A DNA stretch of 64,000 nucleotides from an uncultured Actinomycetota bacterium. Its GTDB lineage: Bacteria > Actinomycetota > Actinomycetes > S36-B12 > UBA10799. A program made the translations under genes and the position numbers. Each line of letters opens with the position of its first letter. The stretch's first letter is position 1. The notes under the pieces were generated by a model. The model was not told the origin of the DNA. It saw only the letters and a program-made list of their open reading frames with translations, and did not search any database. Below are positions 35,900-48,694 of this stretch, in pieces. Location: contig CAVYLN010000002.1 in assembly GCA_963769435.1 (NCBI GenBank), positions 93,098 through 157,097 on the forward strand, read 5' to 3'.

Positions 35900-37846
35900 C
35901 TACCGACCATCTTCCCCAATTACCTCACCGGTCGTCACATTGACGGCCGGCGTGACCTGTTCGCGCGCCAAGTGCTGGTGGATTGCTGATGCCAGATCGG
36001 CGCTGATCCCGGGTACGGCCGACAACTCCTCGATGGTCGCCCTGCGCAGTCGGCTCAGTGATCCGAAGGTGCGCATCAGCGCCTTGCGGCGATTGGGACC
36101 CACGCCAGGGATGTCCTCGACCACACTGGTCGACAGACGGCGGCTGCGCTTCTGCCGGTGGTAGGTGATGGCGAACCGGTGCGCCTCGTCACGGATTCGT
36201 TGCAGCAGGTAGAGTCCCTGGCTGCGCCGCGACAGGATGACCGGATCCTCCTGGTCCGGGACCCACACCTCCTCCAGACGCTTGGCGAGACCAGCCACCG
36301 CGATGTCGTCGATGCCAAGATCACGCAGAGCAGCTCGGGCCGCAGCGACCTGCGGCCGACCTCCGTCGATGAGCAGCAACTGCGGTGGATACCGGAACGA
36401 CTTGCGCTCATCGTCGGCACTGCCGCCCGGACCGAACTCGATGTCGGTGGATTCAGCCCGTTCGGCCAGATAGCGGGTGAATCGTCGCCTCACCACCTCG
36501 GCCACGCTGGCCACGTCGTCCTGCCCGGCGACCCCCCGGATCGCGAAACGCCGGTAGTCGGACTTGCGTGGCAGGCCGTCCTCGAACACCACCATGGACG
36601 CCACCACGTCGTTGCCCTGCAGATTGGAGATGTCAACACATTCGATGCGCAGCGGAGCCTGGGACATCTCCAGCGCCTCACCGATCTCCTCGAGCGCCGC
36701 GGCCCGGACACTGAGGTCTCCGGCTCGGCGTAACTTGTGCGCCTGCAGCGTCTGCCGCGCGTTCGTTGTGACCGTTTCCAGCAAGGTGCGTTTCTTACCC
36801 CGCAAGGGGATTCGGACCCGCACCTGCCGGCCCGCCTTGTCCGTCAACCAGGCCTCGACCGCGGATTCAGGCAGTTCTGTCACGAGGACCTGGGCGGGGA
36901 TGTCCGCGTCCTCGTCGCCGTACAACTGCTGCATCACACCGGTCATGAGCGCAGTCGGGCTCTCGTCCGCGACCTTCTCCAGCACGAATGCGTGCTGACC
37001 GCGGACACGCCCGCCACGCACGTGGAACACCTGGAAGGCTGCCTCCAGGTCGTCCTCCACATGGCCGACGAGGTCGGCGTTCGTGTCGCCGGGAAGGACG
37101 AGCGCGCTGCGCTCCATCGCCTTGCGCAGGGCCCCCAGATCGTCGCGCAGTCTCGCGGCCGTCTCGTAGTCCTGCTCCGCCGCGGACTCACGCATCCTCG
37201 TCTCGAGTTCTCTCATGAAACGGTCGGTCCCGCTGCCCAGGAAGGAGACCAGGTTCTCGGCGAGGGCACGGTGATCCTGCTCAGTGATCCTGCCGACACA
37301 GGGGGCGCTGCACTTGCCGATGTACCCCAGCAGGCAGGGCCTGCCCATCTGTGCGGATCGCCGGAACACACCGTTGCTGCAGGTCCGTACCGGAAACACG
37401 CGCAACAACTGGTCGACCGTCTCCCGGATCGCCCAGGCCTGCGCGTAGGGGCCGAAGTACTTGACCCCCTTACGTTTGTCCCCGCGCATGACGAGCACCC
37501 GCGGAAACTGTTCGTTCATCGTGATGGCCAAGTACGGGTAGGACTTGTCATCGCGGTACTTGACGTTGAAACGAGGTGCGTACTGCTTGATCCACTGGTA
37601 CTCCAGTTGCAGCGCCTCCGTCTCCGAATCCACCACCACCCAGTCGACGGAGACAGCCGCTGTCACCATCGCCGCTGTGCGAGGGTGCATGCCGGCCGGG
37701 CTCTGGAAGTAGCTCGAGACCCGGCTGCGCAGATTTGTGGCCTTTCCCACATACACAACACGTGTGTCGGAATCTCTGAAACGGTAGACACCTGGTAAGG
37801 GCGGGATGCTGCCCGCAGGTGGACGGTATGACGACGGGTCAGCCAC
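35900..37846 (-). CDS. uvrC: Excinuclease ABC subunit C
   Basis: Has the GIY-YIG motif (GVYRFRDSDTRVVYVGKATNLRSRV) and a C-terminal (HhH)2 (..IPGVGPNRRKALMRTFGSLSRLRRATIEEL..). GTG at 37846 was chosen; the upstream part of ORF 35900..38200 looks non-coding. Confidence 0.9.
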   Translation of the reverse strand: MADPSSYRPPAGSIPPLPGVYRFRDSDTRVVYVGKATNLRSRVSSYFQSPAGMHPRTAAMVTAAVSVDWVVVDSETEALQLEYQWIKQYAPRFNVKYRDDKSYPYLAITMNEQFPRVLVMRGDKRKGVKYFGPYAQAWAIRETVDQLLRVFPVRTCSNGVFRRSAQMGRPCLLGYIGKCSAPCVGRITEQDHRALAENLVSFLGSGTDRFMRELETRMRESAAEQDYETAARLRDDLGALRKAMERSALVLPGDTNADLVGHVEDDLEAAFQVFHVRGGRVRGQHAFVLEKVADESPTALMTGVMQQLYGDEDADIPAQVLVTELPESAVEAWLTDKAGRQVRVRIPLRGKKRTLLETVTTNARQTLQAHKLRRAGDLSVRAAALEEIGEALEMSQAPLRIECVDISNLQGNDVVASMVVFEDGLPRKSDYRRFAIRGVAGQDDVASVAEVVRRRFTRYLAERAESTDIEFGPGGSADDERKSFRYPPQLLLIDGGRPQVAAARAALRDLGIDDIAVAGLAKRLEEVWVPDQEDPVILSRRSQGLYLLQRIRDEAHRFAITYHRQKRSRRLSTSVVEDIPGVGPNRRKALMRTFGSLSRLRRATIEELSAVPGISADLASAIHQHLAREQVTPAVNVTTGEVIGEDGR

Positions 37847-37880
37847 ACCGACAAATCTAGGACACGAGAGGTACTTCGTC

Positions 37881-38465
37881 GTGAGGATACGAGTGACAGC
37901 GGCCGCTGCCGCGCTGGCCGCTGCGTCGGCCGTGAGCGCCGCCCCGGCCACCGTCTCGGCCGCGCCAGCGCCTCGCGGCACCCTGTTCGTGGAGGGCGAT
38001 TCCCTCACAGTGGGGTCGTCCACAGCCATCAAGCGGTCTCTGCGTCGCGATTTCCGCAAGGTCAAGGTAGACGCCCAGGTGGGCCGCAACACTCCTACCG
38101 GGATCAGTCGTCTTTCGGCGGGCCGCAACGCGAAGGCGTGGGTCGTGGCACTGGGTACCAACGACGCCCCGGACAGTCGCACGATGAAGCGCCACGTCAA
38201 GAAGGTTCTGCGGCAGGCCGCCGGTCGCCCCGTGCTCTGGGTCTCGGTATGGCGTTCGGCCGCCTACGGCAAGGTGAACCGGATGCTGACGCGTCTGGAC
38301 CGCAAGTACACACAACTCGCGGTGCTGCGCTGGGACCTGTTCATCAAGGATCACCCCCGTCTCCTCGCCTCTGACCGGATCCACCTGACCCCCGCGGGGT
38401 ATGAGGTGCGCGGCCGGATGATCGCTGATTCGGTCCGGGACCTGCTGGCCCAATCGGCCGCGTAG
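37881..38465 (+). CDS. Secreted SGNH/GDSL-family hydrolase
   Basis: Has an Ala-rich signal peptide (..AAAALAAASAVSAAPA..), block I LFVEGDSLTVG, block III ALGTND and block V DRIHLTPAG. Confidence 0.7.
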   Translation: MRIRVTAAAAALAAASAVSAAPATVSAAPAPRGTLFVEGDSLTVGSSTAIKRSLRRDFRKVKVDAQVGRNTPTGISRLSAGRNAKAWVVALGTNDAPDSRTMKRHVKKVLRQAAGRPVLWVSVWRSAAYGKVNRMLTRLDRKYTQLAVLRWDLFIKDHPRLLASDRIHLTPAGYEVRGRMIADSVRDLLAQSAA

Positions 38466-38555
38466 AGCGGCGCAGCCCTGTCGGGGCAACCGTGTCGGCC
38501 CCGGAGAATCACGCAGTCCCGAGCAGGTATGCACCGCTGTGGACGCCAGCGTCGT

Positions 38556-39194
38556 TCAGCCCTTGGCCACACCCTGCAGGATCAGATTCGCGTACGCCTG
38601 GCAACCCGCGGGGTTCAAATGGATGCCGTCCGGGTAAAGACCGTCGGGTAGGACACTGGCGTTCCAGTCGATCACATGTGCGTTCGGCCAGCGTCCCGGC
38701 ATCGACCGCAGACGCTTGTTGACCTTGTCCTCGTAGGCGTACCGCTCGATCTCGGGCAGTTCCGCAGTGACCCAGTACACCGAACGCTGCGGGCCGCTGG
38801 CTCGCATGATGCGGTCCAGTGCCTTGTAGCCGAACGGGCCGTTGGTGCCGAGGGCGACCACGACCCGTGGCGGCAACGTACCGGCTGCAGCCTTCTTCTC
38901 GATCCGCGCGGCACCGTCTTTCATGCGACGGTTCTCCTTCGCGCGCACCCGGACATCCGTGCCGGTCAGACAGGACTGCGCCCCCAGGAGCACGGAGTCA
39001 CCGATCGCGTAGACCGGGCCGGTCAATACGGGTTTGGACTGTGGGTTGGCCAGCGAGAGCACCGCGTCCGGTGACGGCAGCCCGGTCTTACCGCTGACCC
39101 AGATACCCGCCACGACGATCGCCAGAGTGGCCAACACCCCGCCCAGGATCGTGGGGAGCCTGCTGCTGAGCGGGTCCTCGTCGTGATCGACCAC
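38556..39194 (-). CDS. Membrane-anchored SGNH-like hydrolase (resembles the C-terminal domain of OafA-type acyltransferases)
   Basis: Has an N-terminal TM (ILGGVLATLAIVVAGIWV), then YAIGDSVLLGA, ALGTNG and DGIHLNPAG. Confidence 0.65.
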   Translation of the reverse strand: MVDHDEDPLSSRLPTILGGVLATLAIVVAGIWVSGKTGLPSPDAVLSLANPQSKPVLTGPVYAIGDSVLLGAQSCLTGTDVRVRAKENRRMKDGAARIEKKAAAGTLPPRVVVALGTNGPFGYKALDRIMRASGPQRSVYWVTAELPEIERYAYEDKVNKRLRSMPGRWPNAHVIDWNASVLPDGLYPDGIHLNPAGCQAYANLILQGVAKG

Positions 39195-39203
39195 CGGCGC
39201 GGG

Positions 39204-39650
39204 TCAGCCAAGCACGATCTGGTCGCCGTCGACCTTGACCGGCACCGGGCTGAGCCCGGTTGTCGCAGGCCCTTGGACGACCGCTCCGTCCGTGATCGAG
39301 AACTGTGATCCGTGGCACGGGCACATGATGACCTGATCGGTCACCTCGTTGACCAGACATCCTTGGTGAGGACAGACCGCGCTGAGCCCGACGAACTGTT
39401 CCGGTTGCGGTTGTGTGACCACGACCTTCGTCTGCCCCGAGTCCAGGATCACCCCACCCTCAAGCGGCACGTCCGCCGTCGCCACGAGAGCTTCCCCGGT
39501 GGTCGCCGGTGATGCCTCGGTGGGCTCGGTGGCAGGCGCAGTGGTCGCCTCGGTGGCGGTCTCATCACCCGAGGAACACCCCACCAGGGCTACTCCGGCG
39601 ACGCCGACGACCCCGGCGGCGAGCACATTACGACGAGTCAAGTCAGACAT
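39204..39650 (-). CDS. Rieske [2Fe-2S] protein with Tat/lipoprotein-type signal
   Basis: Begins MSDLTRRNVLAAGVVGVAGVALVGCSS (RR motif plus lipobox-like Cys) and carries CPHQGCLV..CPCHGSQF. Confidence 0.8.
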   Translation of the reverse strand: MSDLTRRNVLAAGVVGVAGVALVGCSSGDETATEATTAPATEPTEASPATTGEALVATADVPLEGGVILDSGQTKVVVTQPQPEQFVGLSAVCPHQGCLVNEVTDQVIMCPCHGSQFSITDGAVVQGPATTGLSPVPVKVDGDQIVLG

Positions 39651-39732
39651 GGCTTCTCCTATTCCCTGTTCGAGCCTAAGTGATGCGGGCGGCTTCGCCC
39701 GGCAGATCCCGTCCGCGTCGACACCTCTACTT

Positions 39733-42570
<2,838 letters not shown>

Positions 42571-42641
42571 CTCACAAGGCTAACCGCCACCTCCGACAGC
42601 GCACCCCGGCACCGTGGCCCACCGCCAGATACCGTCGAGGC

Positions 42642-43322
42642 GTGTCCGATCCCACCGATACCTGGCACTTCTTCGCCCGTCCCTGGTTGGTGGCCCTGGC
42701 CCTGGCCTGGACCGTCGGCGTGATCGACTCCTACTCCTTCGCCGAGTACGGCGTCTTCACGTCCAACCAGGCGGGCAACCTGGTCGTCCTGGGCAACGAG
42801 TTGCCCAAGGATCCCCAGCAGGCGACCCTCGCGGGTCTGTCGCTGCTGGGCGCCGTGGCCGGCGTCGCGATCGCGACCGTTCTGCAGAGACTGCTGGCCC
42901 GGGGTCCTTGGCTGCAGATCGCGGTCCCTCTCGTGCTCATGATCCTGCTGATGGTGGTGGCATGGATTCTTCGTCATGTGATCGGCAGCCCACCGTCGGT
43001 GCTGGTCCCCGTGACCAGTGCCGCACTGGCAGGTCTGGCGACCGCCGTCTACCGGACACCGGCGATTCAGGGCTGGATCACCGCCAACACCGGCGCGGTC
43101 CTCACGACCGTGCACACGGCCTTCGAGACGAGCGAGCAGCGGCGTAAAGCGAGCAAGCCGGTACAACCGGCGATCATGATCACCCTGGGGTTCCTGTCCG
43201 GGGCGCTGGTCTGGGGCTCCGGAGTGTTCGGCAGCACGGACCCCACGCCGGTGGCGCTCGTGCCGACGCTGATCGCCCTGGGGCTCGCGGTGACCAACGC
43301 ACGCCGATCGCCGACCGTATAG
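42642..43322 (+). CDS. YoaK/DUF1275-family membrane protein
   Basis: Carries ..LALAWTVGVIDSYSFAEYGVFTSNQAGNLVVLG.. in a multi-TM protein. Confidence 0.7.
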   Translation: MSDPTDTWHFFARPWLVALALAWTVGVIDSYSFAEYGVFTSNQAGNLVVLGNELPKDPQQATLAGLSLLGAVAGVAIATVLQRLLARGPWLQIAVPLVLMILLMVVAWILRHVIGSPPSVLVPVTSAALAGLATAVYRTPAIQGWITANTGAVLTTVHTAFETSEQRRKASKPVQPAIMITLGFLSGALVWGSGVFGSTDPTPVALVPTLIALGLAVTNARRSPTV

Positions 43323-43353
43323 GAACATCGACCGGCACGAGTAGGTTGGGCCC

Positions 43354-44007
43354 ATGACCTACACCGGGAGAACACATGTCGGCGGACCGGCAGCCGTCCA
43401 CGAGTTGGGCCTCCTGACCATCTCCAAACTCGCTGTCGGACCGATGGACAACAACACCTATCTGCTGAGATGCCGCAGGACCGGTGAGCAACTCCTCATC
43501 GACGCGGCCGCGGAGCCGGACCGCATCCTCGACCTCATCGGAGACGGTGGGCTGGCCACCATCGTGACGACACACGCCCACCCGGACCACTGGGGTGCAC
43601 TGGCCGAGGTGCGGGAATCAACAGGCGCGGTCTCGGTCGCCCACGAGGTCGACGCGTCGGCCCTGGGCGACCTGATCGATCGCACGGTGACCGATGGCGA
43701 TCAGGTCCAGGTCGGGGATCAGAGCCTCACCGTCATGCATCTCGTGGGCCACACCCCCGGGTCCATCGCCCTGCTCTACGACGACCCGATGGGCCAGCCG
43801 CACCTGTTCACCGGCGACTGTTTGTTCCCAGGTGGCGTCGGGAAGACCTGGAGCCCGGAGGACTTCGACAGCCTCCTCGCGGACGTCCGTCGCAAGATCT
43901 TCGACGTCCTGCCCGACGAGACGTGGGTGTATCCGGGCCACGGCAACGACACCACGGTCGGAACCGAACGCCCGTCACTGGCGCAGTGGGAGTCCCGCCG
44001 CTGGTGA
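43354..44007 (+). CDS. MBL-fold metallo-hydrolase
   Basis: Carries TTHAHPDHWG, ..HLVGHTPGS.. and ..YPGHG... Confidence 0.8.
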   Translation: MTYTGRTHVGGPAAVHELGLLTISKLAVGPMDNNTYLLRCRRTGEQLLIDAAAEPDRILDLIGDGGLATIVTTHAHPDHWGALAEVRESTGAVSVAHEVDASALGDLIDRTVTDGDQVQVGDQSLTVMHLVGHTPGSIALLYDDPMGQPHLFTGDCLFPGGVGKTWSPEDFDSLLADVRRKIFDVLPDETWVYPGHGNDTTVGTERPSLAQWESRRW

Positions 44008-44187
44008 GGCGCGGACCTCCTCCAACGTCCCGCACGCTAGCAGAAGCGGTCTTCCGTCAATCGCGGCCTTAGTGAGGAAACGCTGAGTCCGTTTTGGCGG
44101 TGACATGTGGCGTTGAAGGTCTGGACGCGCCTTCATCGACCCGCACATCGCGGCGCGAGTTGCGGGCAGATGGAGGTGCATGCGCCC

Positions 44188-45510
44188 TCAACCCTGCGGC
44201 GCCGCCTCCATCCGCATGCGCAGAGTGTCGTAGATGGGTGGGGCCTTGCGCACGGTGCAGATCACCATGGCGGCACCGGCGGCGAGCAACATGGGGATCA
44301 GCACGGTCGTGGTGGCGGTCATCTCCACGATCAGCACGACGCCCGTGACGGGTGCCCGAACCACGGCCGCAAAGAACGTGGACATGCCCACCATGGCGAA
44401 GGCTTCCACCGACAGGTCCCAGGCAGGGATGAGCGTGTTCAGCGTGCTGGCGACCAGCGCGCCGATCGAAGCACCCACGACCAACAGCGGTGCGAACAGT
44501 CCACCGGCGGTGCCCGCCGCATATGACAGGGGCCCCAGGAACCAGCGCACGACGAACACCACCACCAGGGTCGAGATGGGCAGACCCACCACCAGTACCC
44601 GGTCGCCGAGCACCTCGCCGCCCCCCACCAGCCACGGCGCGATGACACCCAGCGCGCCCACCAGGGCGCCGATCAGCGCCGCCCGCAACTCCGGCAGCAG
44701 CCCGGTCATCCGCTCCACAAGGTTCAGCATCAGGATCACCAGCCGGTTGTAGTGGATGCCCAGCCAGCCGATCAGCAGCCCCAGAGGCGCATAGATGAGC
44801 AGGTGCCACAACGGACTGTCCTGGATCGGGGACACCGGGAACACCGGATCCGATCCCGTGATCGGCCGGGCCACTGCGAGCGCAACCGCCGCCGACACCA
44901 GAGTGGCTACGACCAGCCGTGTACGAATGGCCCGGGCGAGCTCCTCGAACACGAAGATCGCTCCCCCGGTCGGCGCACTGAACGCGACGCCGAGGCCCGC
45001 CCCGGCCAGCGCCGCACTCAAGGAACGCGTGTCGTTGGGGTGCAGTCTGCTCCGACGGCCGATCTCGGCACCCACCGAGGCCCCCATCTGCACGGTCGGC
45101 CCTTCCCGCCCCAACGCCATACCGACGCCGAGCGCCAACGAGCCGCCCACGAACTTCGCGGGGATCACCCGCCACGGGGCGGGCGGCGACTCATGGCGCA
45201 TCATGGCCTCTACGCGCTGCACGCCACTTCCCGCCGATTCCGGGGACCATCGCACGATCAGTCTGGCCAGACCCACGGCGACCGCGGCACCCAGCACGGG
45301 GAGCAGCAATCGCCATCCCCCGATGTCCTTGGCCCACAGCAGGAACTGCTCCCAGACGCGCCAGGACTCGATCAGGACCAAACGGAAGGCGCCACCCAGC
45401 AGACCCGTGACCGCTCCCCCCAGCACCGCCAGCAGGGCCAGCCGGATCAGTCCGGCGAGTTCGTTGTCGTCAGGCGGTGGTGCGTCCTGTACGACGTCGG
45501 CAGGTGGCAC
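44188..45510 (-). CDS. ClC-family chloride channel / H+-Cl- antiporter
   Basis: Carries GREGPTVQMG, ..GGLFAPLL.. and ..SAPTGGAIFVFEEL.. in a protein of about 10 or more TM helices. Confidence 0.85.
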   Translation of the reverse strand: MPPADVVQDAPPPDDNELAGLIRLALLAVLGGAVTGLLGGAFRLVLIESWRVWEQFLLWAKDIGGWRLLLPVLGAAVAVGLARLIVRWSPESAGSGVQRVEAMMRHESPPAPWRVIPAKFVGGSLALGVGMALGREGPTVQMGASVGAEIGRRSRLHPNDTRSLSAALAGAGLGVAFSAPTGGAIFVFEELARAIRTRLVVATLVSAAVALAVARPITGSDPVFPVSPIQDSPLWHLLIYAPLGLLIGWLGIHYNRLVILMLNLVERMTGLLPELRAALIGALVGALGVIAPWLVGGGEVLGDRVLVVGLPISTLVVVFVVRWFLGPLSYAAGTAGGLFAPLLVVGASIGALVASTLNTLIPAWDLSVEAFAMVGMSTFFAAVVRAPVTGVVLIVEMTATTTVLIPMLLAAGAAMVICTVRKAPPIYDTLRMRMEAAPQG

Positions 45511-45539
45511 ACGCGCGAGTGTAGGTGTTGGGGCACCGC

Positions 45540-46529
45540 CTATTCATCCCGTCCGGCCCCCGCGTCCACGTATCGCTCGTGAAGCAGACTCGTCACCACC
45601 GTCACGCTGAGGATCGCGACGATCACCGTGAGGCTCACCCAGTTGGAGATCACCGGCACGTCGAAGGGTTCCCCACCGTTGAGGAACGGCAGGGTGTTCT
45701 CGTGCATCGCCTCGAGGATGAGCTTCACCCCGATGAACCCGAGAACGGCTGACAGTCCCAACCCGAGGAAGACCAGGCGGTCCAGCAGATTGCCGAGCAG
45801 GAAGTACAACTGCCGCAGGCCCATGAGCGCGAAGACGTTCGCGGTGAAGACGATGAACGGAATCTGGGTCAGTCCGAAGATCGCCGGGATGCTGTCGAGC
45901 GCGAACAGCAGGTCCGTCGTGCCGATCGCGATCAGCACGACGAGCATGGGGGTGAACATGCGCTTGCCGGCCACGACCGTGCGCATCTTGGTTCCCTCGA
46001 ACTCCTGCGAGACCGGGACCACACGCGCCACGAGGCGTACTACGGCGTTCTCCTTGTACTCCTCATCGGTGTCCTCCCCGTGGGTGGCGAGGCGGATCGC
46101 GGTGATGATCAGGAACAGCCCGAAGATGTAGAACACCCAGGAGAACGAGGCGATGATCGCGGCGCCCAGAGCGATGAAGATGCCGCGCAGCACCAACGCG
46201 ATGATGATTCCCCACATCAGCACGTACTGCTGCAGGTGCCGGGGGACGTAGAAGCGGGCCATGATCAGTACGAACACGAACAGGTTGTCCACGCTCAGGG
46301 AGTACTCGGTGAGCCAGCCCGCGAAGAACTGGACTCCGATGTCGGCACCGAACTGCCAACTGAGGAACAGGCCGAACGCGATGGCGGACCCCACGAACAG
46401 GCCGAGCCATCGCAGCAGTTCGCCGGTCTTCGGCACGTGCGGCCGACGTCCGACTACCAGGAAATCGAGAGTGAACAGAACCAGGAAGAGTGCGATTGTG
46501 CCCGCCCACAGCCACGCCGGGACGGTCAC
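45540..46529 (-). CDS. TerC-family integral membrane protein
   Basis: Carries ..TEYSLSVDNLFVF.. and ..ALDSIPAIFG.. repeats. The start overlaps the uvrB stop (ATGA). Confidence 0.85.
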   Translation of the reverse strand: MTVPAWLWAGTIALFLVLFTLDFLVVGRRPHVPKTGELLRWLGLFVGSAIAFGLFLSWQFGADIGVQFFAGWLTEYSLSVDNLFVFVLIMARFYVPRHLQQYVLMWGIIIALVLRGIFIALGAAIIASFSWVFYIFGLFLIITAIRLATHGEDTDEEYKENAVVRLVARVVPVSQEFEGTKMRTVVAGKRMFTPMLVVLIAIGTTDLLFALDSIPAIFGLTQIPFIVFTANVFALMGLRQLYFLLGNLLDRLVFLGLGLSAVLGFIGVKLILEAMHENTLPFLNGGEPFDVPVISNWVSLTVIVAILSVTVVTSLLHERYVDAGAGRDE

Positions 46530-48631
46530 GAACGTGCGTCCTGCATACCCCTGAGCTCCTTCTTCAACTCCGCGACTTCGTCACGATAGCGGGCGGCCAC
46601 CTCGAACTGGAGTTCCTCCGCCGCATTGTGCATGGCCTGCGTCAGTTGTTCTATCAGGTCGGTAAGGTCCTGGGCGGGCATGGATGCCAGCGCAGCAGCA
46701 TGTCGTCCCACATCCGCGGCCGGCGCCTTCGGCCCGACCCCACGGCTCAAGCCCCGACCGGACCCCGCCAGCAACTCCTGGGTGTCGGCGTCCTCTCGAG
46801 CCAGCAGATCCGTGATGTCCGCGATCTTCTTGCGGATCGGTTGCGGGTCGACCCCCTTCTCCTCGTTGTAGGCGATCTGCTTCGCGCGTCGCCGGTTGGT
46901 CTCCTCGATCGCGGTGCCGCATCGACGCGCGTGATGCTGTCCGCGTACATGTGGACCTGTCCGGAGACGTTGCGCGCGGCACGCCCGATCGTCTGGATGA
47001 GGCTGCGTTCCGAGCGCAGGAACCCCTCTTTGTCCGCGTCGAGGATGCTGACCAGGCTCACCTCCGGCAGGTCGAGGCCCTCGCGCAGCAGGTTGATCCC
47101 CACCAGGACGTCGTACTCGCCCAGTCGCAGTTCCCGCAGCAGTTCGACCCGGCGCAGCGTGTCCACCTCGGAGTGCAGGTACCTCACACGCACACCGTTC
47201 TCCAGGAGGTAGTCGGTGAGGTCCTCGGCCATCTTCTTGGTCAGTGTCGTGACCAAGACCCGCTCATCGCGCTCGGCGCGGGCGTGGATCTCGGTCATGA
47301 GGTCGTCGATCTGCCCGCGGGTCGGTTTCACCACGATCTCGGGGTCGATCAGCCCAGTCGGGCCTGATGACCTGCTCGACCACGTCTCCCGCGACCCGGC
47401 TCAACTCGTACGGGCCCGGTGTCGCCGACAAGTAGACGGTCTGACCGATCCGCTCCACGAACTCCTCCCACCGCAGGGGCCGGTTGTCCATGGCACTGGG
47501 CAAGCGGAAACCGTGCTCGACGAGGTTCCGTTTGCGGCTCATGTCGCCCTCGTACATCCCGCCGATCTGCGGCACGGTCACGTGCGATTCGTCGATGACC
47601 AGCAGGAAGTCCTCCGGGAAGTAGTCCAGCAGGCAGTTCGGTGCCGAACCGGGTGCGCGCCCGTCGATGTGGCGTGAATAGTTCTCGATGCCGTTGCAGA
47701 AGCCGACCTGCTGCATCATCTCGACGTCGTACTGGGTGCGCATACGAAGCCGCTGGGCTTCGAGCATGTGATTGCCACGCTCCAGTTCCACGAGGCGTTC
47801 CTGCAGTTCCTGCTCGATGCCTCCGATCGCGCGGTTCATCCGCTCCGGCCCCGCGACGTAGTGGGTCGCCGGGAACACGTACAGCTCGGCGTCCTCGGTC
47901 AGAATCTCGCCGGTGACGGGGTGCAGTGTCATCAGTCGCTCGACCTCGTCGCCGAAGAACTCGATGCGCACCGGGTGTTCCTCGTACATCGGGAAGACCT
48001 CGACGGTGTCACCCCGGACCCGGAACGTTCCCCGCGTGAAGGAGAGGTCGTTGCGGGCGTACTGGATCTGGACCAGTCTGCGCAGCATCGAGTCCCGATC
48101 GACCTCGTCGCCGACCCGCAGCCGCAGCATCCGGTCCACATACTCCTGCGGCGTCCCCAGGCCGTAGATCGCGCTGACTGTGGCCACGACGATCACGTCC
48201 CGGCGGGTGAGCAGGCTGTTCGTCGCGCTGTGGCGCAGCCGCTCGACCTCCTGGTTGATCGAGGAGTCCTTCTCGATGAAGGTGTCCGTCTGCGGAATGT
48301 ACGCCTCTGGCTGGTAGTAGTCGTAGTAGCTGACGAAGTACTCCACGGCGTTGTTGGGCAGCAACTCCCGGAACTCGTTGGCGAGCTGGGCCGCGAGGGT
48401 CTTGTTCGGGGCCATCACCAGAGTCGGTCGCTGGAGTTTCTCGACGATCCATGCCGTGGTCGCACTCTTGCCCGTGCCGGTGGCGCCCAGCAGCACCACG
48501 TCCTTGGTACCGGCCTGTATCCGTCGTGCGATCTCCTCGATGGCCGCCGGCTGGTCCCCGGCCGGTTCGTACTCGCTGACGACCTCGAAGGGCGCCACGG
48601 TGCGCTGCAGATCGGTGACAGGTCGGGCCAT
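46526..48631 (-). pseudogene. uvrB: Excinuclease ABC subunit B, broken by three 1-nt insertions
   Basis: The conserved sequence is spread over three frames. Frame one gives [21 protein letters not shown]. Frame two gives [39 protein letters not shown]. The third segment runs SMRH, then [33 protein letters not shown]... Extra bases are inferred at about 47359-47362, 46926 and 46913. The total span is 2106 nt. Confidence 0.9.
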
Positions 48632-48694
48632 GGGTCCACGGTACGTGGGGGGTGCGACGGGCCGGTGCGGGACGCCACCGGACCGCGCGACGGA

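Noticed and set aside
35900-38200. A 766-aa version of uvrC with a 118-aa N-terminal extension
   Set aside because: The extension is Ala/Arg-rich and antisense to the SGNH gene's signal peptide. The conserved GIY-YIG domain starts right after the GTG at 37846.
42571-42641. SOS (LexA) box upstream of uvrA, with the same check upstream of uvrB at 48632-48694
   Set aside because: No TCGAAC-N4-GTTCGA-like palindrome is visible in either short upstream region.
44008-44187. The largest intergenic gap (180 nt, between convergent MBL and ClC genes), examined for a tRNA, small RNA or fluoride riboswitch
   Set aside because: I saw no tRNA-like T-arm (GTTCGAAT-type) or cloverleaf. The gap lies at the 3' ends of both genes, so a 5' riboswitch makes no sense here. 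Only a weak 6-bp hairpin is present.
45511-46530. Possible yybP-ykoY (Mn) riboswitch upstream of terC, or crcB (fluoride) riboswitch upstream of the ClC gene
   Set aside because: The terC start overlaps the uvrB stop and only 29 nt separates terC from the ClC gene. There is no room for a riboswitch.
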